Assembly (NCBI GenBank): GCA_964106645.2
Contig: OZ067038.1
Strand: one strand, 5' to 3'
Length of the DNA stretch: 64,000 bases
From: Podarcis pityusensis
Taxonomy: Eukaryota
The translations under genes and the position numbers were made by a program. The notes beneath the pieces are model-generated. The model did no database searches and had not been told where the DNA came from. It saw only the letters and a list, made by a program, of their open reading frames with translations. The first letter of the stretch is position 1; the number at the start of each line of letters is the position of its first letter. Shown here piece after piece: positions 1 to 12,513 of this stretch.

Positions 1-1763
1 CTTTTTGGAGGTCAAGCCGTTCACTTTCTTGCCCCTTGGTTTTCCTCCAGGAGCAAGGGGCAGCTATGCACAGTGTACATTATTAAGATAGTTCTGGGGT
101 AGCAATGCATATGGTAGAAGTGTACATGTGCCTTATTCCCGGTGTTGCTGCGTTCTGCTGCTGCCTTCTTCCCTCAGCTCTAACAAGCACAGTTTCACTT
201 TTCCGGTTGCTAGGCAGAAAGTTGAAAACCAGAACCTCCAAGGTAGTGTACTAAAGGAGGAGAAGGAGATCGCATAGAAGCTGAATGAATTTATTTGCCT
301 CTGACTTCACTGTGGAAGATAAGGGCGGATGAACTGTGTGTGAACTCATTTTTTCAGGGAGTCCATAGCCCTTCAAAAGTTGTCATCACAGAAGTACCTG
401 GCAAATTACTATATCCCATTTAGAAGTCTTTCTCAGAACAGCTAATGCCACAAATGAGTTGGGATTGTTAAAACTGTTGGGGATTTTAGGGACAGTTCTC
501 TCAGAATTTGAGAGAAAATGGGTTCTTGGCCTTTGGGAATGGAAGGAAGCCTTTCCAGTCAGTGTATTTTATAGCCATGCAGAATGGAATACTAGAATAG
601 ACCTATTGGGTGTTCTCATAGGTGTGACTTAGTCATGATGTGCTGTATTGTGGATATAGGCACACAGAAAATGCTTATGCTGCACATGAACTCCATTCAG
701 TGCTTGCCCACGGTATATTTACTCACTGGCCTGTATGTGGTGTGACCACAGGAGATGATTGTGACTCTCCCTTGAGCAAAGCTGCTTTTAGAAGGATTAG
801 TATACACTAAATACAGCTAAGAAAATAGGTGTGTTAAGGCTGGGCAGCTCTGGTGTCAAAGGCATACCTTGTCTGTCCTGAGGCAGCCCTGTCAGTTCCA
901 AGAACAGGGCCTTGGCTGTATTAGTTGCTACTCTGGCACCAGAGGTGTCACCTCTTCAAATGTTCCTCTTTCCATTTTAAGAGACTGGCTTTAACCAGCA
1001 GGGTAATTGAATCGAAATCCACTCAGACTGAGACGGCTTCCTGACCTGTTAACACCCTCCTGCTCCTTAAATTAAGGTGTAAGAATTGCTTTCTGCCAGA
1101 TAAAAAGTCCATACCCCTCCCTTCTGCCACCAGGAAGTTTAAAGCCAGGCCCACCAACAACCTTAGACCTGTGAGATGGTTCCTTTGGAGGAAAAGAACA
1201 TAATGGCTATAGTATTATGTTCAATAAAGTCCTCCCTTTCTGCCAATTTCCCCTTTCTTACCGTGTGATTCTCTTTATTATTGAAGGAACTGATGCTGGC
1301 AGGCTAACAGAATATGTCTTGCATTCCCTGGGACATTTGAGCATCCTCTTCCACAGCAATTCATGAATTGAATTTTAAGTGGAAACAGAGCTCCTGCCCC
1401 AAAACAGGATGGCCAGTGCTGCACAGAAGTGTCCATATGCAGAAGGGCTTAACGTGGTCATTAGGCAGACTCAGCATGGACTTAACAATGGATAGATTTG
1501 ATGGTGCAAGAGTGAGCATCACATTCAAGAAGGGAGAGACTTTGATAAGAAATGAGTCTTGTGTAGGAACCTGGAGGAGGAGGTGGCAGTGGCAAGATAA
1601 AGAGAGAGCTAAACTGTCCTAAATTCACCCCTCTTTAAAATTCCTACTCACTAGATTTGGGTGAGTACAGCAGTTGAGCAACATTTCAGTTGTGTTTTTC
1701 AGATGAGTGCCTTCTAATCTAATTGACTGCATCAGTAGCTAGGGAAAGTAAGCTAGGACTATA

Positions 1764-2122
1764 CAGTGGTGCCTCGCAAGACGAAATTAATCCGTTCCAC
1801 GAGAGTCTTCGTCTAGCGGTTTTTTCGTCTTGCGAAGCAACCCTATTAGCGGCTTAACGGATTAGCGCTATTAGCGGTTTAGCGGCTATTAAAGGCTTAT
1901 CGGCTTATCGGATTAGCTGCTAAAAGGCTATTAAAGGCTTAGCGGCTTAGATAAAGGGGGGAAAAGCGGGGGGGGGGGGAATCTCAAGACTCGCAAGACA
2001 TTTTCGTCTTGCGAAGCAAGCCCATAGGGAAATTCGTCCTGCGAAGCAACTCAAAAACGGAAAACCCTTTCGTCTAGCGGGTTTTCCGTCTTGCGAGGCA
2101 TTCGTCTTGCGGGGCACCACTG
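1764..2122 (+). mobile_element. Tc1/mariner (Tigger/pogo-like) MITE, family A, copy 1
   Basis: TIRs CAGTGGTGCCTCGCAAGACGAA ... TTCGTCTTGCGGGGCACCACTG. TA target duplication at 1762-1763 and 2123-2124. Repeated subterminal CGCAAGACGA motifs, no coding capacity. Confidence 0.9.
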
Positions 2123-2350
2123 TACATCCACGAGCAAGGGAGGACCCCAGCTGAGATGATGTCTCAGCCCAGTGATGAAAACATCAAGTCAAGGTAACAA
2201 GCAAGTTAAGCAGCTGGGGGGGGGGGGGTTGAGCAAGGAGACCAGGGCATGCTACTCTTCCATTGGTTCCGTCACTAAGGAGAGGAGCAGAAAGAAAACA
2301 AAAGGTAGGATTCAGGATTGCCATAGGCGAAGTAAATGAAACACAGATAG

Positions 2351-2614
<264 letters not shown>

Positions 2615-2958
2615 TGAGCAGCAGAGGGCATTGTATCACCTTCCTTTTGAAAAGGAAGACCTGGAGGGGAGGGACCATGCTGACTCCACTTTCAGATTAT
2701 GCTGTGCTACAATTCCACCACCCGAAAAACTGAGCTTTTACCCGATGATCAAGTTCAGCAGCTGGCTAATAGCAGTTGTTATTATCCCAAGGAGACTGCT
2801 GATGGGCCAGGGTGAGAGCTCAGTAATGTAGCATTTTAATGTTTCTGGGGGGTTAAAAGGAGAAGCAGCTTCTCTGCTAATTAGTGGAGCAGTATTTTTC
2901 GTGAAAGGGATGTTGTGGTGTCTTTCCTTGAGATCCATGTTTTTTCTTTCCGGCCTGC

Positions 2959-2960
<2 letters not shown>

Positions 2961-3007
<47 letters not shown>
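2961..3007. repeat. (TA)n microsatellite
   Basis: Uninterrupted TA dinucleotide run. Confidence 0.97.
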
Positions 3008-3009
<2 letters not shown>

Positions 3010-4558
3010 CTCAGACAATGCAGATTTTGCACTAGAAAACCTGGTTCCCACATGAACTGTGCAAATTAAGCACATTAGTTTGCACAATTTATTCTGCTTC
3101 CCCCTTTCTTACTAGACTTGGGGTAGGACAAGTAATTCCTGAGCAATGAAGTTCTGTTCCCAGCTTCTGTTAAAAAGGTAACCTGCTCTTTCTCTAGGTT
3201 TCAAGATTTCAGATGGCATTGCCTATATATATTTAAGCATATTTATGCAACTGTAAGGGCTTCTCTTCTGCCTTGTATTTGAAACGGCTCAGAGGATCTC
3301 TTTTTCTTGATCTGGAAAGACTCTGCTATGGCAATGTTTGAGAGCTGTGACTGTAGAGTGGCAAACAGGGTCCCACTGTGCTGAGCAGGAAGAACATCGC
3401 TCAGGGTGTGAGCACAGACCCTTTGTCAACAACAGGCTACACCCAGGCTCAGGGCCATACATCTCCCCAAGCCACCGGGCTGCTGTCCAGGTGCAGGATG
3501 TTTCCATGTGTCCCTAGGGAAAGAGCCAGGCCTCTGTTACTCAAACAGATGACTGCTCAACTCCCTACTTCAAAAGATGTAAACACGGAGGGACATTGAC
3601 TCAAGAGATGCAGGACGGCTTTTCCAAATCAATCTATCCTCAGATTCCTGATGTGTTTGCTACAAAGCTTTCCTTCAAGAAATGCAACATGCACACGCAC
3701 ATACGCACTAACTTCTTGCTCAATTCTCAGTGCTGAACATCAGAAAAACAGGGATACCTTGAGTCATTTTTGATCATAAGAAAAATACAGTGAAATATTC
3801 ACTTCTGTTTGGACAGATATTTTATACACATCATCCTGCATATTCCTCGCTCCCCCAGTAGGTTAACAAAGCTATGCTTCTCTTTGTAAATTATTATTAT
3901 CATTATTGTTATTGGCTGTTTGTGTCTGCTGAAAGCTCAGAACCCCAAGCATCAGGATGTTGGGCAGTGGTTCTGCACTTGGGTTGATACCAGGAGACCT
4001 CTAGTATAGCTCCCTTGCTGTTGTGTCCTGGCCCCTGTTTCATTTGCCTCCTCTCCCTCCATTTTGTTCCGAAGCCCCACATCCTCCTGTGATAGGCCTA
4101 TTGGGTTTTTTGCATCAAGACCATGGGTTTTAATTTGTTGGCAGATGTGTGTGGATTGGTAATGTTCCTGGCATTCTTTGAGGGGTGGGGAGGGATTAGA
4201 CTTGAGCTGCCTTCTGGTGTTTTTCAAATCTGCGGTTCTGCGAGTTCTCACCTTCTACCACTTCAGTGTTTGCTCAAACGCCACCAAGTTCTGCATAAAC
4301 AAATATTGTGCTAAATTAAATTATGCAAGACATATTTCCCTTGGGACACGAGGCTCTTCCAGTAGTAGCAAGATGCCTTAATGCTGAACAAACACTGCTG
4401 AAGTGTCATCGCTACTGTGGAAGAGATGTTGTAGTAAATGGCCAGTGTGAACCTTGGCCTTGATAAACTTCCTTCTGCGTAGAGAATTTGAGTTTATTCA
4501 GCCTATAACTTTTCAAAAGGGGCAGGACACAGATTGCAACCTATATATCTTCCCTGTA

Positions 4559-4913
4559 CAGTGGTACCTCGCAAGACGAATGCCTCGCAAGACGGAAAAC
4601 TCGCAAAACGAAAGGGTTTTTGGTTTTTTGAGTTGCTTCGCAAGACGATTTTCCCTATGGGCTTGCTTCGCAAGACGGAAACGTCTTGCAAGTTTGTTTC
4701 CTTTTTCTTAAAACCGTTAATACAGTTGCGACTTGACTTCGAGGAGCAACTCATAGCACGCGGTGTGGTAGCCTTTTTTGAGGTTTTTGAAGACTTTGGT
4801 GATTTTTGAAGCTTTTCCAAAACTTTTCCGACACCGTGCTTCGCAAGACGAAAAAAACCGCAAGACGAAAAAACTCGCGGAACAAATTAATTTCGTCTTG
4901 CGAGGCACCACTG
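4559..4913 (-). mobile_element. Tc1/mariner (Tigger/pogo-like) MITE, family A, copy 2, inverted relative to copy 1
   Basis: Same TIRs, TA at 4557-4558 and 4914-4915. Both arms are the reverse complement of the arms of 1764-2122, but the core differs. Confidence 0.9.
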
Positions 4914-4960
4914 TACTGTTTTTGGTGCTTGCTAAAAACTGGTTTATTTAGGCAAGGCTA

Positions 4961-5029
4961 GAGCACGCAACCCCAGAGTCTTCCGCGACTGGACCTAACG
5001 GTCAGGGGTACCTTTACCTTTACCTTTTT
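4961..5029 (+). mobile_element. Sauria SINE 3' fragment
   Basis: GCAACCCCAGAGTC...CGGTCAGGGGTACCTTTACCTTTACC with an (ACCTTT)n tail, resembling the tail of the full copy at 61225-61593. Confidence 0.75.
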
Positions 5030-5327
5030 TACCCAGAAATATAAAGTTGAGGTGTGTTTTAAGAGGCTTTTTAAAGTATACTTTAAATTCCTGGTTTTAT
5101 TTACATTTTGAAATGTTTTGATCCATTTCTTTTTAACTTTTGGCTTTTATCAACAATTTTCAGGCATATTTTATTTAAACTGCTTAGATATTTTTTATGA
5201 TAAAGTGGTATACAAATTCTGTCAAATAAAATAAACACAATATATAACCCTACTTGCGAAATCGGGAGGCAGAGAATGTCTACAGCACCATTCTGCTTTG
5301 CTTCATCTTCTCTGATCAGGATCTTAA

Positions 5328-5588
<261 letters not shown>

Positions 5589-6922
5589 TGAAGAGAAGAA
5601 TCCAGCCTGTACTCCCAAGAAATCATCTTTTAGTGTGTTCTTCAAGCTCTCTCCTGTGAAAACCGAGCTATAACTTCAGTAGAGGATTTCTAAAGCTTTG
5701 GGTGTGTGAACCAGATGGGGATTCTGCTATCCCCATATCACATCTCAGCAAGTTGCAGATTTGGTGTGTCCAATTATTGAGACTGAATGAGCGTTTGGCC
5801 CCAGTTTTCAGGAAGAGCACAACTTTCATAGTGTAGCCTTCCAAGTTTAGAAGCCTGCTTTGAATGTTTTTCTGCCCTTTCTCTGGCTGGGAGAAACTGT
5901 CCAGCTGTTCTAGTAATGGCAGAAAGCCCTGTCTCCCCACCCTTCTCTGCCACTCCCTTCCTTGTAGCCTGCTTACCTTCATGTGTTGTACAGAAGGATG
6001 GATGTTGGGCTTTCCTTTTCCTTTGTATAAGACTGCTGCATGATTGACAGCAGTGAGGCTGGCACGTAGCCCCACTGAGCAAACGCCACACATGTGCCGT
6101 CGGTCTCCCAGTGCTCCAGCTGCTAATTACGCAGCAGGTTGTGTGGCCTCTGCTGATGGCCCTTGAGCACTGGGGAACATAAGTGTGAATTACAGAGGCT
6201 GGGATTGAGAATGATTTTTCCATTAAGGCGATGCTCGGATAAAGCTGGCAAGTAGCCTGGCTCAGCTACTGGCTGCAGTCTTCTAAGTGACGGCGAAGAC
6301 AAGGATTCAGCCGGAGGCAGTGGTTCTCTAGGGACTCTCACTGTGCTGTTCTCTACAAGCCATTTCCTGTGCCCAAGTTTAGGCTCCTATGCTCAGTTAA
6401 TGGTCTCGCCATGGAGGCATGAGGTCAGATAAAGAATACACAGAAAGTGCTGCTGTGCTCATGGGAATAACCAGTGCTATTTTTCCAGAAAAAGAGGTGA
6501 CAGAACTCACCTCTTGTTCTCTTACAATGGCAATGGCACCCACCTGAGAGGTGCGTTCTGGCTGGGGGCAAAAAGCACAGGGAAATAGCAGTTTGCCATA
6601 TCCTTGTATGGCCTGTAGTTTATACCTGGCTCTCTCCATGTGATTCCAGACCCACAGGCAGTACAGATGTTTGTGTGAAGACATAGGTCAGTCTGTGAAC
6701 CAGTCGCTGGTTGAACTGGTGTGTTACTAGTTCACAACAACAGGGTATTGTGTGTGTTCTCAATTTCTGGAATCAAACATCCATATTTCCAAGTACTCAT
6801 CTATACTGTAAAGAAGCAGTGTTTGTTTTCTTCACTAGTGTCCATGCATTCAGAACCAACCCCATTGACAGCAGAAAATGGATTCTCAGCGACTCTTTTG
6901 AATGGACCCTTGGTGTTGGTGA

Positions 6923-7102
<180 letters not shown>

Positions 7103-7314
7103 CTAAGGTAAGATGGTGGGGAAATGAACAAAGCATATAGGGAAAATGCCCACTTCCCCAAATCATCGGCTGCAACTTAAGTGCTTGAAGAGTTCCTTTC
7201 ACCTCCTGAATGGGGCAAAACCAGAAGCAATGAGCATTAAAGGCACTGTGCTGAGTTCCTCAGTCTTGTTCGCAGGGGGTGATTCCCTTAGTTGTTCATA
7301 TTTATGAACTAGAT

Positions 7315-7450
7315 CAGGCATCCCCAAACTCGGCCCTCCAGATGTTTTGGGACTACAGTTCCCATCATCCCTGACCATTGGTTCTATTAGCTAGGGATGG
7401 TGGGAGTTGTAGTCCCAAAACATCTGGAGGGCCGAGTTTGGGGGTGCCTG
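7315..7450. mobile_element. hAT-type palindromic MITE (136 bp)
   Basis: Near-perfect hairpin CAGGCATCCCCAAACTCGGCCCTCCAGATGTTTTGGGACTAC...GTAGTCCCAAAACATCTGGAGGGCCGAGTTTGGGGGTGCCTG. Perfect 8-bp TSD AACTAGAT at 7307-7314 and 7451-7458. Confidence 0.92.
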
Positions 7451-8820
7451 AACTAGATGGTGTCCCGCAAGCATTTTGGAAGGTGTAGGGTGTGGCTGGT
7501 GCAGTTTGCAGCCTGTGTTTTACAGTTCTAAAGCAATTAAAAGTGTGTTTTGATCACAATTACTGGGGGAGATGCTTCAGACTAGACTGGCTTACTGTCA
7601 AAGATGAGTATGAATATCTACATTCACTGTATGGAACTTAATGTATAATCTACCCTTCCTGTGTAGCTGAGCAGTAAGCAGAGCTCTTCCCTTCTCTATG
7701 GAAGCAGCAGCTTGTGTGTTGCTTTATATTAAAAAACGACACTTAATTCTACTCTGCCTGAAAAAAATTATGACAGAAGAGTGAATGGATGTCAAGTCAG
7801 TTGGGATCTCCCAGCAGACCCCATTCTTGAGCTGTACCTAGGGCAGCTATTGTTGTTTTAAAGGGGGGTTTCCAGATGTGCAAATAATCCAGATGTCTGA
7901 GAGCATTTCCTCTGGCCGGGGTTGTGAGTTTGGTTGGGTGGGGGGCCATTTCCTGTTCTTTTGCTGCTGAAAGTGCACAGATGAATCCCAAACGCTCCTT
8001 AAACTGCCTGCCCTGAGAGAGATGCTACTGCCAACAGCTTGTGGGGAGGAGAAAGCCCTGTTCTTGCCAAATGTGTGTTCATTTCAACACCCCCATTCAC
8101 TACCCTCGTTGTTTGTGGAATGTCAAGGTCTGGCCTTCCTGAACTCCTCTCTTTCTCTCTCTTACTAGAAAGCTGCGCCAGTGAGGAGTGCATAACTTGG
8201 CAATATGCTGATAGGTGTGGTCCCGGCTCTTTTGTGGAGGAAATGGGAGCTGGTTTTCCCGTAATTATCTGCAGTGCAAATGGGATCCAGCTTTATGTTG
8301 GACAGCATCTTTCTGAAAAAGCAAGCTGTCCCCATAAGACTTTGGAGAATTGCATAAGCAGGGGTAAAGCTACAGGAAGTGTGATGTCTAGGATTCATAA
8401 AAGGGGAGCAGTGGTGTGACAGGGTCATGCAAAAGAATAGCTTTCCAGCTATAGAAAGCTTCTTGCAAGTTTTTATCCCACCACCACAGGTCCTATCTTT
8501 ACAGAAGGTGAATTCCCTTTTTTTGGTTGCCATGCTGTCTGTTCATGTAGCATTTGTAATCCCCTATCTTCCAGCGTTTCATATTAGAATTGCATATTAT
8601 GTTTAATGCTGGGAGTAGTGTTTGGGCACTGTGGCTATATTTCCTTCCTCTTTGTCCTAATGATGGCCCAAAAAAATTATTGAGTTTGAGCCATTTCTGT
8701 CCACCTGACCTGTGTCCAGCCTCATCTTATATCTGCTTTGAGAAAAGCAGCTTAACACTGAATGCTAGACCCAGAAGGATGACTATATATTATGATAGCC
8801 AGGCCTTAGCCTTCTTCATA

Positions 8821-8952
8821 GATAGCTTAGTTGGTAGAGCATGAGACTCTTAATCTCAGGGTCATGGGTTCAAGCCAAAAGGATTTCCTTCATTGCAGGG
8901 GTTGGACTAGATGATCGTAATTTTCCCTTCCAACTCTGCAGTTCTATGATTC
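8821..8952 (+). mobile_element. tRNA(Lys)-derived SINE with CR1-type tail (Squam2-like)
   Basis: Head GATAGCTTAGTTGGTAGAGCATGAGACTCTTAATCTCAGGGTCATGGGTTCAAG, followed by the CR1-like 3' end GGGGTTGGACTAGATGA...CCTTCCAACTC...TTCTATGATTC. Confidence 0.8.
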
Positions 8953-10918
8953 CAAGCTGCCCCATGTGTATGCAGAGTTCAAGTCCACCCTCTGAGTTTC
9001 CAGAAGGGTGGTACTTCAAGGAAACGAGAGGGCAGCCACACATGCATTCATCTCTTCATTGCCCAACACAAAGCAGAGCTGAGATCATAGTGGACTTAAA
9101 GCCTTCTTCTGTCTTCTAGTATTAAAGTAGTTGTAGCTGTGAGACAGCAGAGCCATTCCCAGTGCCATAACTGTGAAGGGAGCAGCAGACAGTAGATGTC
9201 CATCCTTTCGATAGTTATTTACAAGGCTGGTGTTATGCATTAAAAAAAGGTGATGGTACTGTTACTGCTAAAGCACGTGATGGAAGGCATCACAGATTGG
9301 GCCATGCATTCTCTCCAGATTTGCCTATATTGGAATCTCATGGCTAGGCCAATATCCACATGCAGCAAACACTGTATGCTCAGTGGATGGGTAAATCAAA
9401 GAACTTGGGTAATGGACTTTAAGAGTCACAGCATCATCCTGAGGATACTAAAGAGTACTGCACCCATTTTTCCTGCAAGAAATGGAACCTCAATGAGAAG
9501 TTCAGCATTACCAAATATTCTACAATTACTGACCCAAACTTTCTTCCTTCATATTCCTAGTTAAATGTTGATACTATTTTTATACTGTTTTTTTAAATTT
9601 GCTATGCTGCTTAAAACAGCACAGCTCAATGGTAATGAAAGATGAGATAGGCATGGCCAAGTGACTGGAAATTAAAGCAGTCTTGATGCTTTATGTGGCC
9701 AGCTGGTGTTGTAAGTTGACTGACAAAGAGTCTCCACTGTGACATCATATTTAAGCCAACCTGTCACCACCACCAGCAGGTATTGAATGTCACACATGGG
9801 AAGCTTTTAAGCCACTGCAGCCAATGCTATTCTTTTTCAAGGGAGACCATTCACACAGTCGCCTGTAAATCATTGAGGGGCAAGACACCACGTGTTATAT
9901 ACATGAACATGGGAATCTGGACTTAAATCTGGTATAGGAAGAAACTGACTAATTCAGACCTCTTCCCAGAAGAGAGCCATTGCTATTAAAATGCTGGCAA
10001 AATTTAGTGAACTTCAGGTTGTGTTCATATGATTCCCTGCTGCTCTCCCATCCCACTGACCCAACCCTTCTTAGCTTCTTCATGGTTGCTGTGTCATGTG
10101 CTTTCAAACCATGCCATGAAAAGTTGGAAGGAACTAGTCAGTAAACGTGGGGGGGGGGGGGGAGAGGAGAGAATTCTCAGTAGCTATTAAGTTCAACACC
10201 CCAAAATGCACTTGGCACTAAGCAATTTGCCCTGTTGTATAATAGGTAGCTTTTTAACAGCTGCATGAACTTACTGCTCTGCTTGTCAAGAGTCAGCTGT
10301 AACAGAGCACCACCTTCTTATTCTAAGCATTAGCTGTTTGCTGCAGAAAGGCCACTCCATGAGTGGTAACATGCCTCAGAGTTGCTGCAGCCACAGAGTC
10401 CACACCATCAAACCTTGAGAAAAGAGCACACTGGAGAAAACCGTGTCATAGAGCTGCTTTCTCCAAAGCAAACTGTCCCCCCTCTGGATTTCTCTTATTC
10501 TGCAAAGTTATTTTCTGTGTCTTTTGGCATTGTTTAAAACAGTGTGGTAGGAAGAATGCAAAGTGTTCGTTTAAAGGTTTCTGAAGTGTGTTATATATTG
10601 GGAAACCATGTGTGCTTAAGGAAATGGTGAGCTGTTCTAATATCTGTCTTCTCTGTTCACCAGCTGACCAGACTGTGACTTGGAGGGATTTCTACTGTGT
10701 GTAGTGCAGAGACAGAGGCGACATGAAAGAAGAATCAAGTGGATTCAAGGGAAGGGGACAGACGAGATGGTGTCTGCAGGCCCCAAGAGCTCTGCACAGA
10801 CTCTCTCAAAACTTCACCAAGGCCTGCAATGAACTATTTTTTATTTTTATTTTTGAAATGCTCCTCTCCTCCTTGCCTCCCTCCCCCTCCTGGCAACTTG
10901 TACAAAGCCACAGATGGA

Positions 10919-10924
10919 AGTAAA
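10919..10924 (+). terminator. HRAS: HRAS proximal non-canonical poly(A) signal AGTAAA
   Basis: AGTAAA sits in the block that resembles the mammalian HRAS 3' end, with an upstream TGTA (CFIm-type) element. Confidence 0.7.
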
Positions 10925-12412
10925 TTATTGTATGATGGTCTTGACACTGGTTTCTGCATCTCTGTCCCTGTTCCTGAGGATTGACTGGCATTGCCTGTTC
11001 TTCTGGAGCAGGCACTGGCAGAGGGGAGGGGGGGGCCCATGCAGAGCAGCCAGGCAGGTCGCTGCTTCAGCCTCTTTGAGCTTGCCTCCTTGGCAGGGGC
11101 CAAAGCCTAGTTGGATCTGCGGCTGTGCCCTGGCCTGCTGCTTTTCTTTCAAGAAGCCTTTTATAGATAGGGCGCAAATGTGGGTTGAGTGGCTCCACCA
11201 CTGTATCTCAGAAGGAGAGTTAGCTGTGGCCTGCAGAAGATCATACCTCTTCAGAAAGCATTGCCAAGAAATTCCACCCACTGACACTCTGCCATTCTAT
11301 AGTGGTAGGGAAACTCTTTACTGGTCTCAGCCATTTCTGGGGGTGAGGTGGGGGAAGACATATAAACATACCTCCTTTATATTCATAATGGATTCTAAGC
11401 CAATTCTCAAACTGCTGTTCCCAGAGTTGGGTTTCATTTACCTTTGCCCCTGTTGGTTTACATTGGCATAAACATGGAAGACTATTCCTTCTCGTTGTTC
11501 TTGGCAATTGTTAATTCTCCCCTGCGCTAGAACAACCCAGTGAGTTTTCTCTGCGGAGAGTAGTTCTGCCTGGTGAAAGTTCCCTGCAGGCCTGGGGGGG
11601 GGGTGAAGAAGGGGAGAGAAGGGGGGTGTTCCTTTGCAGCATGTCACTCCCCCCCCCCTTTTGTGGTGTTGGGAGGACTTGTGTGTGTGTGTGTAAATAT
11701 ATAAATGACTATACAGCAGCTTGTTGATTGCAACTGAAGGATGTTTGATTCTCCGTTTTAGTCTCTGTGTTTCACTGAGCCCAACTTCTGTTTCATCCAT
11801 TAATTACCTGATGGAGTTTGAAGGAGAACAGCTCTTTCTTGTCCCTTTTGTGGGGGGGGGGCATTGGGAGCTGTGTTGTCTTTCTTCCCCCGGAACCATT
11901 GTGTCTTATGAAGGGGTGGGGAGGGGTGCCTAATGGACAAGAAATGGTCACTTGTTGGCTTTCTTCTTTGTTGTAAGTTTGGCCATTTCCTGAGCAGTTT
12001 TTTATGTTTGTTGCCTGTGCTGGGGCTGACTGCATTGATGTGCTTGTTGCAAATCTTGTGAACTTCCTGGAGGGGCAGCTGGTCTCTGGAGGCACAGGAG
12101 TGTGTTTCCTTGTTCCTGCTCTGACCTCTTCTTTCCTTTGCAGCCGCTGTGCCTATGCTGCTGCATGCACAGCTCAAATTCCTGCTCTTCAGGTAGCAGC
12201 TCCTCTGTATTAATGTGACTGTACCAATTATACTTGCTGTTTTGTTAAAGGTTTTGCCAGTAAGATAGTCAAGCCAGGTGCTCGGCCCTAGCTGAGCTAA
12301 GGGAAACAAGTTCCTTCCAATAATTAGGTGACTGGTGTGGATTTTTAAGGGGGGGGGGGGTCGATCCAATGTTGGAGGTGTAAAAGAGAACCCAAATCTA
12401 GCCTTAAATGTC

Positions 12413-12418
12413 ATTAAA
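12413..12418 (+). terminator. HRAS: Candidate distal HRAS poly(A) signal ATTAAA
   Basis: ATTAAA followed by GU/U-rich sequence (GTGTTGTT...GGTGTGTTTATTTTTG). Confidence 0.5.
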
Positions 12419-12513
12419 AAGTGTTGTTCTCAAAGGTGTGTTTATTTTTGAAGTTGACTATTTGCATGTTGCATCTCACTGGTTTGATGCCTTTTTTCCA
12501 AAGTTTGCCGAGT

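Larger units (their letters stand above)
10664..12440 (+). other. HRAS: HRAS terminal non-coding (3'UTR) exon; short form ends ~10945, long form ~12440
   Basis: Branch point and pyrimidine tract ttctaatatctgtcttctctgttcaccag| at 10663. The block CACAGATGGAAGTAAATTATTGTATGATGGTCTTGA resembles the recalled 3' end of human HRAS mRNA. Confidence 0.75.

Noticed and set aside
1764-2122. CRISPR-like recurring motif (TTCGTCTTGCG)
   Set aside because: Irregular spacing inside a TIR element in eukaryotic DNA. These are subterminal transposon repeats.
2142-2228. C/D snoRNA candidate (GTGATGA inside CCCCAGCTG...CAGCTGGGG)
   Set aside because: No properly placed D box (CTGA) downstream of the C box.
4454-4911. 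Cluster of overlapping ORFs
   Set aside because: By-product of the stop-poor MITE, with no transposase motifs.
6311-6345. GGCAGTGGTTCTCTAGGGACTCTC loosely resembles the recalled human IDX sequence
   Set aside because: The match is short and gapped, with no pyrimidine tract or good donor, so it cannot be distinguished from chance.
8821-8880. tRNA-Lys gene (also 58018-58065)
   Set aside because: The acceptor and T stems are broken and a CR1-type tail is attached, so it is a SINE head.
10149-10163. Frequent poly-G and poly-C runs throughout the window
   Set aside because: Scattered mononucleotide microsatellites with no positional pattern.
11244-11374. Two let-7 6-mer seed matches (TACCTC) in the extended HRAS 3'UTR
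   Set aside because: Only 6-mers, near chance expectation.
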